From Nannocystis bainbridge (GTDB taxonomy: Bacteria > Myxococcota_A > Polyangia > Nannocystales > Nannocystaceae): 64,000 nt of DNA. The notes under the pieces were generated by a model. The model searched no databases, was not told where the DNA came from, and saw nothing but the letters and a program-made list of their open reading frames with translations. The stretch is from assembly GCF_028368995.1 (NCBI RefSeq), contig NZ_JAQNDL010000001.1, positions 3,360,001 to 3,424,000 of the forward strand. Reading direction: 5' to 3'. Both the position numbers and the translations under genes were made by a program. Of the stretch, positions 19,740 to 29,334 are shown in pieces (the stretch's first letter is position 1; the number at the start of each line of letters is the position of its first letter).

Positions 19740-20726
19740 TCACCCGCCGAGCCCCAGCAGCGCCTTGACCTTGCTCGCCACCACCGGGATCTCGTCGCGG
19801 CGGTTGCCCACGTACGCCAGCAGGTTCAGGTCCGAAGTCTGCACCGCCCCGCCGTGATTGAGGAACGCCTGCGTGCGAATGACTTTGTAGAGCTTGACCA
19901 GCTTGCGGTCGCTGACCATCACCTTGTCCTCCGTCTCGAGCGCCCGCACGATCCGCCGCATCTCCGCGAACACCGGTCGCGGGAACCACTGCGCCCGGTC
20001 GCGGCCCGGCTCGCGGCCCATCCCGAAGCTCAGGTCCATGAACCGCTTGAGCTTGAGGAAATCGTCGAGCGACGCCGCCCCGCGGGTCCACGGCTTGTGC
20101 CCGCTCGCCCGGTACGACTCGTTCATCACCCCCGCGTCGATCAGCTCCTCGAAGTGGCGGTCCTTCACCGGCTTCGTCTCGATCTTGAGGATGAAGCGGT
20201 CGGCCATCGCCTCGAGCTCGCTCTGGTCGGGGATGTCGTTGGTCGCCGCGAACAGCATCACCAGCCGCACCGGCGTCGGCTGCCCGTCCTGGTAGAACTT
20301 GCGCTCGTTGAGGATCGTCAGCAGCGTGTTGAGGATCGCCGAGTTCGACTTGAAGATCTCGTCGAGGAACGCCACCCGGCAGTCGGGCAGCATCCCGCGG
20401 GTGCGCCGGAGGTAGCGGCCCTCCTTGAGCACTGCGATGTCGATCGGCCCGAGGATCTCGCTCGGTTCGGTGAACTTCGTCAGCATGTACTCGAAGTAAT
20501 CACCGGCCCCGAGCCCCAGGCTCTCGGTCAGCTTGACCACCAAGTCGCTCTTCGCCGTGCCCGGCGGCCCCACCAGCAGCAGCGGCTCCTGGGCCACCGC
20601 GCACAGGATCGCCAGATCGATCTCCTCGTCGCGGGCCACGAAGTACTCCTTCAGCCCGCGGCGGTGCTGCTGGATCCGCGTGCGGATGTCGTCGATCTCG
20701 GGCTCGAGCTCCTCTAGCGTCCACAT
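19740..20726 (-). CDS. MoxR/RavA-like AAA+ ATPase
   Basis: GPPGTAKS, FEYMLTKFTEPSEILGP, FLDEIFKSNSAILNTLLTILNERKF, DRF. Start at ATG 20726. Confidence 0.93.
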   Translation of the reverse strand: MWTLEELEPEIDDIRTRIQQHRRGLKEYFVARDEEIDLAILCAVAQEPLLLVGPPGTAKSDLVVKLTESLGLGAGDYFEYMLTKFTEPSEILGPIDIAVLKEGRYLRRTRGMLPDCRVAFLDEIFKSNSAILNTLLTILNERKFYQDGQPTPVRLVMLFAATNDIPDQSELEAMADRFILKIETKPVKDRHFEELIDAGVMNESYRASGHKPWTRGAASLDDFLKLKRFMDLSFGMGREPGRDRAQWFPRPVFAEMRRIVRALETEDKVMVSDRKLVKLYKVIRTQAFLNHGGAVQTSDLNLLAYVGNRRDEIPVVASKVKALLGLGG

Positions 20727-23700
20727 ACTGCGCTCCAGTCGGTGACGATGCGCCGCCGCAGCGCGTGCTCCTCCTGGTCGAGGAACCCCTGCACGCGGTC
20801 GCTGTGGCGAGTGCGGCTGTCGGCCAGGCTGTCGACGACAGACTCCAAGATCAGGATCTTGTGCGTATCGTAATAGCGGCTGGTGGTGAAGGTGTCGCGG
20901 AACACCGGCAGCTTGGCGACGAACCGGCGGAACCGCTCGACCCGCGGCGAGTTGGGCCAGTGCCGCAGCGCCTGCGCCACCGCCAGCCCGCCCTGGGCCC
21001 GCGTCACGTAGTCTAGCCCGTTGCCGAGCACCTGCGTGCAGAGCGTGTCGAGCACCTCGTCCGCGACCCGCTCCTCGCCGATCTGCACGAACCCGGTCGC
21101 CACCGTCGCCGACAGCGCGATCTGGTCGCCCGACGTGTACGCGTGCACCCGCGCCAGCGCCTCGAGCAGCGCCCGCGCCGGCTCGAGCCCGCCGAACCGC
21201 CGCAGCGCCGCCAGCCCGCGCTGCGTCGCCCGCACCAGCTCGCGCGCCGACCCCAGCTTGTCGCTGCGGGCGATGTTCACCAGCGCCTCGAGCAGGCGCC
21301 CGAGCATCGCGTCGTCGCCCAGGCTCGCCGCCCCGTGGATGCACGCCGCCACCGCCTCCGCGCGGTGGCTCAAGATCTGGATGTTGGCGAGGCCCGGCTC
21401 CGCGTTCGCGAGCACCTCCGCCACCACCGCGTCGCTGCCGCTCGCCAGCGCCCGGCGCACGCACACGTCGACCGCCTCCGCGATCAAGTAATCGAACGAC
21501 CGCGCCCCGGCCGACACCTCGCGCGCCACCACCTCCGCCAGCCCACTCACGTCGACCCCCGGCGGCAGCTTGAAGCGCGTCGCCCGGCTCGCCGCCGCCT
21601 CCTCCACGGGGCCCGTGCGCAGCCACATCGACCGCTTCTGCAGCCACAGCACCGCCTGCTGGGCCCGCGGCTCGCGGATGCCCTCGACGGTCCGCGCCAC
21701 CTCGGCCGCCCACACCTCCGCGCTGCCGCCCGAGCTCTCGTGGGCCAGCCGCGCCATGTACAGCCGGAACAGCGCGCGGTTGGGGATCTCGTGCACGTCG
21801 AGCTCGAGCTCGACCGGCGCCACCAGCTCGTGCGCCAGCCCGCGGGCCCCGAGCCGCGCGAACCCGACGGCGAAGATCAGCCGCAAGAAGGCCGTCGGCG
21901 CGTCCATGTCGGGCAGCCCCGCGTGCACCGCCTCGTGCCACATCGCCTCGAGCGCGATCAGCTGGCCCTGCTGCAGGCGGTCGGCCCGGGCCTCGCTGGT
22001 CTCCTCGCTCGCGTCTTCCCCCTCGCGCGCCAGCGCGTGGCGCACGAACCGCGGCAGGTCGTGCAGCTCGCTCAGCCCGCGCTCGTTGATCCCGCCGAGG
22101 ATCGCCTCCTTCGCCCGCGTGACCCCGAGGCGGTCGCGCGCGTGCCGGTGCCATCCTGCCAGCACCGCCCACGCCAGCCGGCGCGACACCGGCAGCCGCG
22201 GGTCGGCGAAGATCGGCAGCGCCAGCTGCATCAACTCGTCGGCCGGGAACCGCTGCGCCGCCACCCGGGCCACCAGCGACGCGCCCAGCCGGCTCGCCTC
22301 CGCCGGCGTGCGCCGGTCGGCCACCACCCACTCCGTCAACGCGTCGTCCGAATCACTGCCGCGGATCGCGACCATCAATCGCTCGGCCAGCCGCGCGTCG
22401 TACGGCGGCCCCGCGTGCAGCAGCGCCATCTCGAAGCAATCGGCCGCCTCGTCGCCCTCGCCGAGCTCCGCCTTGATCTCGCCCAGCTCCTGCCACACCT
22501 CGGGCTCGTCGCAGCCGCCCGCGACCACCCGCCGCTCGAGCGTGCGCACCTGCTCTCGCAGCGCCCGCAGGTGCGCCGCCGCGTCGAAGTCGACAGCGCT
22601 CGCCACCTCCTCGACCACCTTCGGCTTCGGCGGCGGCGCCCGCTTGATCGGCGCCTCGCGCGGCCCCGGCTTCTTCGGCGCCGGCTGCCGCACCTCCTTC
22701 GGCCACTCGATCGTCACCTCCGGGAACTCGAACACGCTGCGCTCGAGCAGCTTGTCGAGCTCGAGCCGGCGGTCGGTCGCCACGTAGTCGATCCACCGCT
22801 GCAGCGGCTGCTCGTCGACCGCCGCGATCGTCACCACCCGCGGCCCGTCGCGGTCCTCCGTGATCACCACCGCGTGCGCCCGCTCGAGCCCCAGCAGCGC
22901 CCGCAGATCGTCGCGCCGCAGCACCGGCATCAGCCGCCGCCCCGTCGGCACATAAAGATTGTCGGCCCCCGCCACCTGCGAGTAACCCGGTACCCCGAGC
23001 GTATCGCTGACCCGCCCCGCCATGCGCGGCACCCCCGGCCGCACCCGCTCGCGCAGCAGGTACACCGTCCCGTCCGCGCCCGTCAGTCGCCCCACCGTCA
23101 GCCGCGACAGCTCGTCGCTCGTGCTCACCTCGATCAGCGGCTCGAGCTCGAGCAGCTGCTCAGACGTCAGCAGCCACAGATCCGGATCGACCATCGCCGC
23201 CGGCGCCAGCCGGATCGGCACCCGGAACCGCACCTCCGACGCGATCGAAGTCAGCGCCACCCGCGGCGCCTCCAGCTCCGGCGCCACCGCGTCGAGGATC
23301 GCCCGCACCCGCCACTCCGCCGAAGTACGCAGCCACGCGCCGTCGCGGTCGACCAGCGCCGCCTGGTTCGTCCGCGCCAGCGAGGCCGCCGCCGGCCCCG
23401 GGCTCGCATGTTCGAAGGACCAGGCGACCCATAGCGGACTGCCACCATTGCGTCCGTACACCGCGACCTCGTCGCCGCCGTCGCGCGCCGCCATCATCAA
23501 GTAGATCGGCGGCGCCTTGACCTTGACCGCGAAGCGGCCCGCGCCCGCCTCGTCGACGAAGCTCACCACCTGCGCGTCCGAGCGCCCCAGCAAGAGCAGC
23601 CGCTCCAGCAGCCGCCGCGGCGCCTCCGAGTCGCTGCGCATCACGAACAGCGCCTCCTCGACCAGCGGCTCGCCCGGCACCCGCCGCAATCGCAGCGCCT

Positions 23701-24001
23701 CCACCAATCGCGGCGCGCTGCGCTGCTTCCACCAGCTCCAGCGCACCTGCCCCTCGCCGCGCAGCGGCCGGAGCACCAGCGTCTCGTCCTCCTCCGCCGC
23801 CGTCGCCAGCGGCAGCCCGCGCGGCATCAACCTGTCCGCGAGGACAGCATCGAGCGCCTCACAGGCGATCGCGCTGCCCGGCCCCGACATGTCGAGCATC
23901 ACCGACCATGTCCTTTCGGCCAGGAACGGCGCCGCCTCGAGCAGCACCGCCAGCGTCGCCCCGTCGCTCGCCGTCCCTGTCAGCAGCAGGCAGTACCGCA
24001 C
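20714..24001 (-). CDS. Large alpha-helical ternary-system protein (1095 aa)
   Basis: Long ORF with host codon bias, coupled within the operon; TPR-like region in the middle. Confidence 0.8.
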   Translation of the reverse strand: MRYCLLLTGTASDGATLAVLLEAAPFLAERTWSVMLDMSGPGSAIACEALDAVLADRLMPRGLPLATAAEEDETLVLRPLRGEGQVRWSWWKQRSAPRLVEALRLRRVPGEPLVEEALFVMRSDSEAPRRLLERLLLLGRSDAQVVSFVDEAGAGRFAVKVKAPPIYLMMAARDGGDEVAVYGRNGGSPLWVAWSFEHASPGPAAASLARTNQAALVDRDGAWLRTSAEWRVRAILDAVAPELEAPRVALTSIASEVRFRVPIRLAPAAMVDPDLWLLTSEQLLELEPLIEVSTSDELSRLTVGRLTGADGTVYLLRERVRPGVPRMAGRVSDTLGVPGYSQVAGADNLYVPTGRRLMPVLRRDDLRALLGLERAHAVVITEDRDGPRVVTIAAVDEQPLQRWIDYVATDRRLELDKLLERSVFEFPEVTIEWPKEVRQPAPKKPGPREAPIKRAPPPKPKVVEEVASAVDFDAAAHLRALREQVRTLERRVVAGGCDEPEVWQELGEIKAELGEGDEAADCFEMALLHAGPPYDARLAERLMVAIRGSDSDDALTEWVVADRRTPAEASRLGASLVARVAAQRFPADELMQLALPIFADPRLPVSRRLAWAVLAGWHRHARDRLGVTRAKEAILGGINERGLSELHDLPRFVRHALAREGEDASEETSEARADRLQQGQLIALEAMWHEAVHAGLPDMDAPTAFLRLIFAVGFARLGARGLAHELVAPVELELDVHEIPNRALFRLYMARLAHESSGGSAEVWAAEVARTVEGIREPRAQQAVLWLQKRSMWLRTGPVEEAAASRATRFKLPPGVDVSGLAEVVAREVSAGARSFDYLIAEAVDVCVRRALASGSDAVVAEVLANAEPGLANIQILSHRAEAVAACIHGAASLGDDAMLGRLLEALVNIARSDKLGSARELVRATQRGLAALRRFGGLEPARALLEALARVHAYTSGDQIALSATVATGFVQIGEERVADEVLDTLCTQVLGNGLDYVTRAQGGLAVAQALRHWPNSPRVERFRRFVAKLPVFRDTFTTSRYYDTHKILILESVVDSLADSRTRHSDRVQGFLDQEEHALRRRIVTDWSAVCGR

Positions 24002-24023
24002 GATCGCGCTCGCCCGTCTCGCC

Positions 24024-24287
24024 TCAGCCGCGCGCCTTGGCCTTGTCGCGCGCCGCCTCGTCGCTGGCCGCCGCGCCGGCCTTCGGCGCCTTCTCGACCA
24101 CCACCCGGTCGACCGTCATCCCGCCGAGCACCTGCTCGAGCGGCCGACCGATCAGCCGCTCTGCCAGCGCCCGGTGGTCGCGCTCGTGCTCGTGCGGCAG
24201 CGCGTCGCTGTCCGACTCGTAGTGGATCACCACCTCGCGCTCGCCCGTGCGCGGGTTGTGGCGCAGACGGATCGTCACCTCAGCCAT
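24024..24287 (-). CDS. Small ternary-system protein
   Basis: RBS GGAGAG; MAEVTIRLRHNPRTGEREVVIHYESDSDALPHEHERDHR; overlaps the AAA gene stop. Confidence 0.75.
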   Translation of the reverse strand: MAEVTIRLRHNPRTGEREVVIHYESDSDALPHEHERDHRALAERLIGRPLEQVLGGMTVDRVVVEKAPKAGAAASDEAARDKAKARG

Positions 24288-26394
24288 GGCTCTCTCCCTT
24301 CGTCAGCGCGCTCAGCTCGGCGCGGTCGAGCACCTTGCGCGTCAGCAGCGTCTCCGCCAGCGCCTCGAGCAGCCCCCGGTTGCCGGTCAGCAGCGCCTGC
24401 GCCCGCGCCAGCTCCTTCTCGAGGATCTCCGTCACCTCGGCGTCGACCCGCTCGCGGCGGCGCTCCGACATCGGCGTCCCGTGGCGCGGCGTATCGTCGA
24501 GGCGCACCAGCACCCCCGTGCTCGCGCCCATCCCGTACTCCTCGACCATCGCCCGCGCGATGCGGTTGACCTGCTGCAGATCGGTATGCGCCCCGATCGA
24601 CACCTCGCCGAACACCAGCCGCTCCGCGCACATGCCCCCGAGCCCGACGCAGATGTCGGCGCGCATGTCGGCCGCCGTGATCGCGTACGGCCGCGCCCGC
24701 GCCGCGCGCAGCACGTAGCCGAGCGCCCCTTCCATGTCGGCCGCGATCGAGATCCGCTCCGGCGGCGTCGCGTGTTCGACCAGCATCGCCAGCAGCGCGT
24801 GCCCGGCCTCGTGGATCGCCACCACCCGCTCCTCCGACGGGCTCAGCACCACCACCGCCCGCGTCTTGCGTTGCAGCGCGCGGTCGATGTCCTCCGGCGC
24901 GAACTTCTTCTCGCCGGTGCGGATCGCCTGCCGCTTCAGCGCCCGGCACACCGCGTAGATGTGATCGCCCGTGAACGGCAGCCCACGCGCCCGCTCCGCC
25001 AGCCCCTCGGTGCGCCGCACCAGGTGCTCCTGCAGTTCGCGCGACAGCCCCAGCTCGAGCTTGCGGTCGTAGATCTCCACGATCTCGCGCCGGTCCTGCA
25101 CCCCCGGCGCCGGGATCTCGATGAGGAACTCGAACCGCCCCGGCCGCAGCAGCGCCCCGTCGAGGCTCTCCAAGAAGTTCGTCGTCCCGACCACGAACAC
25201 GCTCTCGCTGCCGCGGAACCCGTCCATCTCGGTCAGCAATTGATTCACCATCGAGTGCTCGACCCCCGAGCCCTCGTACGTCCCGCGCGCGTGGGCGAAC
25301 GCGTCGATCTCGTCGAACACGATCACCGCCGGCGCGCTGCGGCGGGCCTGGCGGAACACCCGGCGCAGGTTCTCCTCGCTCTCGCCGACCCACTTCGACT
25401 TCAGCTCCGGCCCCGACACGATGATGACCGTCGCGTCCATCGCCGTCGCCATCGCCTTGGCGAAGTACGTCTTGCCGGTCCCGGGCGGCCCGTGAAAGAT
25501 GATCCCGCGCGGCAGCAGCCCCTCGAGCGCCTGGATCTCGCCCTCGCTGCCGAGGCTGTCCTTGCGCCTCAGCAGGTCGAGCAGCTCCTCGCGCAGCCGC
25601 AGCTTGACCTCCGGATAGCCGCCGATGTCGCGCTCGAGGTCGACGTTGGGCAGCTCGACGTCCTCGCTGACCGTCTGTCGCCGCAGCTCGCGGTACACCT
25701 GCGCCGCCTGCGAGCGGCCCGGCATCGCTTCGCGCCGCAGCCCGACCGCTTGCATGAGCCGCCGCAGCCGCACCGGGTTGAGCCCCGAGACATACTTGTA
25801 GAGCGCGAACGGATCGAACTTGTCGGCGTCGATCGCCCTGGCCTCGCGCTGGGTCACGATCTTGGCCAGCGAATCGCGCGGCACCCCGACGATCTCGCGG
25901 CGGACCGCGAACACCCCCTCGATCACCCGCGGCAGCGGGAAGCTCGGGTCGCGGAAGCCCAGCAGCACCGCCTCCGGGTTCTCGTACAGCAGCGGGATCG
26001 CCTCGCGCGCCTCCATCGTCAGGCTCGTGTGCGTCGTCGTCAGCACGTCGAGGTGCAGCAGCACGATGATCGTGCGCTCGACGCTGCCGCGGATCGCCGT
26101 CGTCAGCTGCGTCAGCATCACCGCCAGGTTGCCGCGGCTCTCCTCGCCCTCGCGCGGGCGCCCGTCGACGATCACGATCTGCGGCCCGCGCTCCCTGCCC
26201 GCCCCGCCGCGCAGCCGCGCGCGCACGGCCAGATACACGTGCAGCGCCAGCTCCTTGTCGCACTCGACCAGCACGCTCATCCCGCGACGCAGCCGCTCCT
26301 CGATGAACGTCACGTCCTGCGCGCATGCCATCTCGACCGCGTCCTCGACCCGCACCTCGCCCGGCAGGCCCTCGATCGGCTCCGTGCGGCGCAC
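24280..26394 (-). CDS. Soluble FtsH-like AAA+ ATPase with M41 metallopeptidase domain
   Basis: GPPGTGKT, VIVFDEID, LDGALLRPGRFE, HEAGH..GG..AE..GAHTDL; no TM segments. Confidence 0.9.
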   Translation of the reverse strand: MRRTEPIEGLPGEVRVEDAVEMACAQDVTFIEERLRRGMSVLVECDKELALHVYLAVRARLRGGAGRERGPQIVIVDGRPREGEESRGNLAVMLTQLTTAIRGSVERTIIVLLHLDVLTTTHTSLTMEAREAIPLLYENPEAVLLGFRDPSFPLPRVIEGVFAVRREIVGVPRDSLAKIVTQREARAIDADKFDPFALYKYVSGLNPVRLRRLMQAVGLRREAMPGRSQAAQVYRELRRQTVSEDVELPNVDLERDIGGYPEVKLRLREELLDLLRRKDSLGSEGEIQALEGLLPRGIIFHGPPGTGKTYFAKAMATAMDATVIIVSGPELKSKWVGESEENLRRVFRQARRSAPAVIVFDEIDAFAHARGTYEGSGVEHSMVNQLLTEMDGFRGSESVFVVGTTNFLESLDGALLRPGRFEFLIEIPAPGVQDRREIVEIYDRKLELGLSRELQEHLVRRTEGLAERARGLPFTGDHIYAVCRALKRQAIRTGEKKFAPEDIDRALQRKTRAVVVLSPSEERVVAIHEAGHALLAMLVEHATPPERISIAADMEGALGYVLRAARARPYAITAADMRADICVGLGGMCAERLVFGEVSIGAHTDLQQVNRIARAMVEEYGMGASTGVLVRLDDTPRHGTPMSERRRERVDAEVTEILEKELARAQALLTGNRGLLEALAETLLTRKVLDRAELSALTKGESHG

Positions 26395-26395
26395 G

Positions 26396-26947
26396 CTAGA
26401 CCCGCACCTTGATCGTCAGCTCGAGCTCGCCGTCGGCCCCGCGGCCCTCGTGCACGCTCTCGATCTGGCCCATCGACGCCGCCTTCTGGCGCAGCGCCTC
26501 GGCGTAGACCTTCTGCAGCGCCGCCTGCAGCTCGCCGCGGATCTCGCCCTCGTGCGCGCCGAGCCGCCGCGCGACCTCCTGCGCCAGGTCGCGCTCCGCT
26601 CGCTTGCCCGCCGCGTCCAGCTTCGACGCCGCCTGCGCCTCGCTGGTCGCCCGCGTCGTCACCTGCTTCGACGCCGCCGCGCGCACCGTCACCGTGCGGC
26701 CGTCGGGCGAAAGCGTCACCGCGACCTCGCCGAACTGGCGCGCCATCGAATTGTCCTGCTCCTCGGACCAGCCGGCCGCCGCCAGCTGCTCGCGCAGCAG
26801 CGCCGTCATCGCCCCCTCGGGCAGGATCTCGAGCATCCCGACGTCCATCTCGATCGCGTCGGTCGTCTCGACCTGTCGCGAGGCGTCGTGATACGTGACC
26901 GGTCGCCAGTTCGGATCGCTGATGCGAATGCGGTACCCTCGGCTCAC
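26396..26947 (-). CDS. Ternary-system hypothetical protein
   Basis: GAGGAGG RBS; MSRGYRIRI..ILPEGAM..EALRQKAASMGQIESVHE..ELTIKVRV. Confidence 0.75.
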   Translation of the reverse strand: MSRGYRIRISDPNWRPVTYHDASRQVETTDAIEMDVGMLEILPEGAMTALLREQLAAAGWSEEQDNSMARQFGEVAVTLSPDGRTVTVRAAASKQVTTRATSEAQAASKLDAAGKRAERDLAQEVARRLGAHEGEIRGELQAALQKVYAEALRQKAASMGQIESVHEGRGADGELELTIKVRV

Positions 26948-27282
26948 GCTGCCTCCTCGCGGTCGCTCATCCTAACCGACCCGCGCGCGCCCTGGCGAGG
27001 CCAAACGCCAGCATCGACGCGCGCCAGCGACCACGACCTGGCCGACACCACCGCGCACGTCACATCAGGCGGCCGGCGACTCAGCTCGACGCGTCGCCAG
27101 CGCGCCCCGGGATCCTCGATGCGGGTCCACCCGCATCCTTCGCACGCCCCGCGACAGACCTCGCTCGCGGACCGCAGAGCAAGCCATCACGCGCCCCTCG
27201 CGGATCGCACCGCCTCACGCCCGCCTCGTCGAAAGCTGTCCCTTGCGACATGTCTCATCGGGCTTGTCACATGACCGCTCGT

Positions 27283-28389
27283 TCACCCGAGCCGCCCCGT
27301 CAGCGCCCGCGACAGCGCGTCGAGGCGCCCCAGGTGCGGCCGCAGCAGCGAATCGTGGAGCTCGAGATACACCTGTGATTCTTCGTAGCGGCGATCGCCG
27401 AACGCGTGCCGCGTCATCGCCTCGCGCAGCCCTGCCAGCCGCTCGCCCAGCCCGACGATGCGCGCCAGGGCGCGCCGCAGCGCGTCCTGTTGCGAGCGCA
27501 GCGCCAGCCCCGAATCGACGACCAGCCGCGCCGCCACCATCGCCGGCGGATCGGCCCACTCGCCGGTCGCCAGGCGGCCCAGCGCCACCACCAGCGGCCG
27601 CGCCAGGTCGAGCCGCGCGCGAAAGTCGATCGCGTGCACGAATTCCTCGAGCACCCGCGCGGCCGTCAGCAGCCGCTCGGCCCGCTCCTCGCCCGGCGAC
27701 CAGCGCATGCAGCGACCGATCTGCTCCGCCCACTGGTCCGCCAGCACGTCGTCGAGGCACTCGAGCAGCACCACCTGCGGCCCCTCGAGCAGCAGCGCCG
27801 GCTTGCCCGCCGACTCCTCGCCGTCGACCTGGCGCGACCAGTCCTCGAGCGCGAACAACGTCGCCAGCGGCGAACCCAGACACAGCCGGCGCCCCAGGTC
27901 TTCGCGGATCTCCCGCGGCATGTTGGCGCGCGCCAGGTGGCGCACCGCCAATGCGTAGACCAGCCAATCACCGGTGTCGGTCCCCGCGATCTTGATGATG
28001 CGCTTGATCTGCCGCCGCGCCCGCCGCGAGCTGCCCTCGCCCTCCACCACCTCGGTGGGCCGGGCGATCTCCGCCAGCCGCTGCGTCGCCTGCACCCACA
28101 GCTCGTATGTCGCCTCGGTGAAGCGCAGGCGAAAGCCCTCGCTGCGGGCCGCGTCCCAGATCCGTCCGCGCACGCGACGACCGCGGCGCAGCACCACGCG
28201 CTCGCGCCGACCCGACTCGACCAGCAGGCGCAGGCACGTCACCGCGATCCTTCGCCCCGCCACCTCGGCCACCTCCGCGCGCGGCTGCGACACCGGATGC
28301 GTCGGCACGATCCGGACCGGCCGCCCGCGGATCAGCATGTCGAGCACCTCGAGCGCGTGCCCCTCGTCGACGCTGACGGACAGGCTCAT
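27283..28389 (-). CDS. Ternary-system hypothetical protein
   Basis: ATGA overlap with the radical SAM gene; ends AFGDRRYEESQVYL. Confidence 0.7.
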   Translation of the reverse strand: MSLSVSVDEGHALEVLDMLIRGRPVRIVPTHPVSQPRAEVAEVAGRRIAVTCLRLLVESGRRERVVLRRGRRVRGRIWDAARSEGFRLRFTEATYELWVQATQRLAEIARPTEVVEGEGSSRRARRQIKRIIKIAGTDTGDWLVYALAVRHLARANMPREIREDLGRRLCLGSPLATLFALEDWSRQVDGEESAGKPALLLEGPQVVLLECLDDVLADQWAEQIGRCMRWSPGEERAERLLTAARVLEEFVHAIDFRARLDLARPLVVALGRLATGEWADPPAMVAARLVVDSGLALRSQQDALRRALARIVGLGERLAGLREAMTRHAFGDRRYEESQVYLELHDSLLRPHLGRLDALSRALTGRLG

Positions 28390-28979
28390 CGCGTCACCCG
28401 CGTGCGCGGCCCCAGCAGCGGCCAACCATTGAGCGTGATCTCGCCGCCGCGGATCCGCAGCTCCACCGTATTGCCGCCCGCGAACTTCGGATCGTCCTGC
28501 GCATAACGATCGCTCAAGAAATGCAGCACCTGGTTGTCCGAGCCGATGAAGCGCCGCGTCTGCGAGCGCGCCTTGGCCTCGAAGCGCCCGTCGACCAGCA
28601 GGTCGGTCGCCGCCAGCAGCCGCGCCGCCGCCGGTCCGCGCGCCTGCAGCTCCGCCAGCGTGTAGCCCGAGAAGATCATCACCGACAGCCCGCGCGCCCG
28701 CACCCCCTCGGCCAGCGGCGCCAGCCCCTCCGCCTGCGCGAACGGCTCGCCGCCGAGCAGCGACACCCCCTCGGCCCCCGAATCACATGCCTCTTCGACC
28801 AGGTCCACCACGCGCCGCCGCGTCGCCCCCTCGCCGCCGAACTCGAGCATCTCCGGGTTGCAGCAGCCGACGCAGCGCAGCGCACAACCCTGCACCCACA
28901 CCGCATAGCGCACCCCCGGCCCCTCCGCCTCGGTACGCGGCACGATCATCGCCACCTCGATCGTCGCCTCGTCCGCCAT
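28386..28979 (-). CDS. NrdG-like radical SAM (4Fe-4S) protein
   Basis: EGPGVRYAVWVQGCALRCVGCCN (CxxxCxxC), GGEPF, DLLVDGRF, GSDNQ. Confidence 0.9.
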   Translation of the reverse strand: MADEATIEVAMIVPRTEAEGPGVRYAVWVQGCALRCVGCCNPEMLEFGGEGATRRRVVDLVEEACDSGAEGVSLLGGEPFAQAEGLAPLAEGVRARGLSVMIFSGYTLAELQARGPAAARLLAATDLLVDGRFEAKARSQTRRFIGSDNQVLHFLSDRYAQDDPKFAGGNTVELRIRGGEITLNGWPLLGPRTRVTR

Positions 28980-29099
28980 CGCCGCGCCCAGCGTATCACG
29001 ACCTCACACGCGGCCGACCCGCGTCACACGCTCCACGCCGCCGACCACGAGCGCCTCTATCCCCGTCGCCGCGCGCGGTCGGCCCTCGCGATCACACCG

Positions 29100-29325
29100 C
29101 CGACCGCAAGCGTCGAGGACGCGCCAACGCCCTGGTGTATCATCCTCGCCGCGCGCTGCCGGCCCACGCCACGCGATCGTGCCTCCGACCGCGAGCATCG
29201 AGGACGCGCCAGCACCTGGCATCCTCGCCGCGCACTGCCGGCCCGCGCCACGCGATCGTGCCTCCGACCGCGAGCATCGAGGACGCGCGAGCGCCCTGGT
29301 GTATCATCCTCGCCGCGCGCTGCCG
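29100..29325. repeat. Intergenic tandem repeat, three copies of about 80-85 bp
   Basis: ccgaccgcgagcatcgaggacgcgc..cctggtgtatcatcctcgccgcgcgctgccg units starting near 29100, 29185 and 29264. Confidence 0.85.
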
Positions 29326-29334
29326 CGCTCGTCC

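Noticed and set aside
28386-28979. nrdG of an anaerobic ribonucleotide reductase
   Set aside because: No nrdD is adjacent, and the gene is coupled to the ternary-system operon.
29100-29325. Possible CRISPR array
   Set aside because: The units are contiguous ~80-bp tandem copies with no unique spacers, and no cas genes are present.
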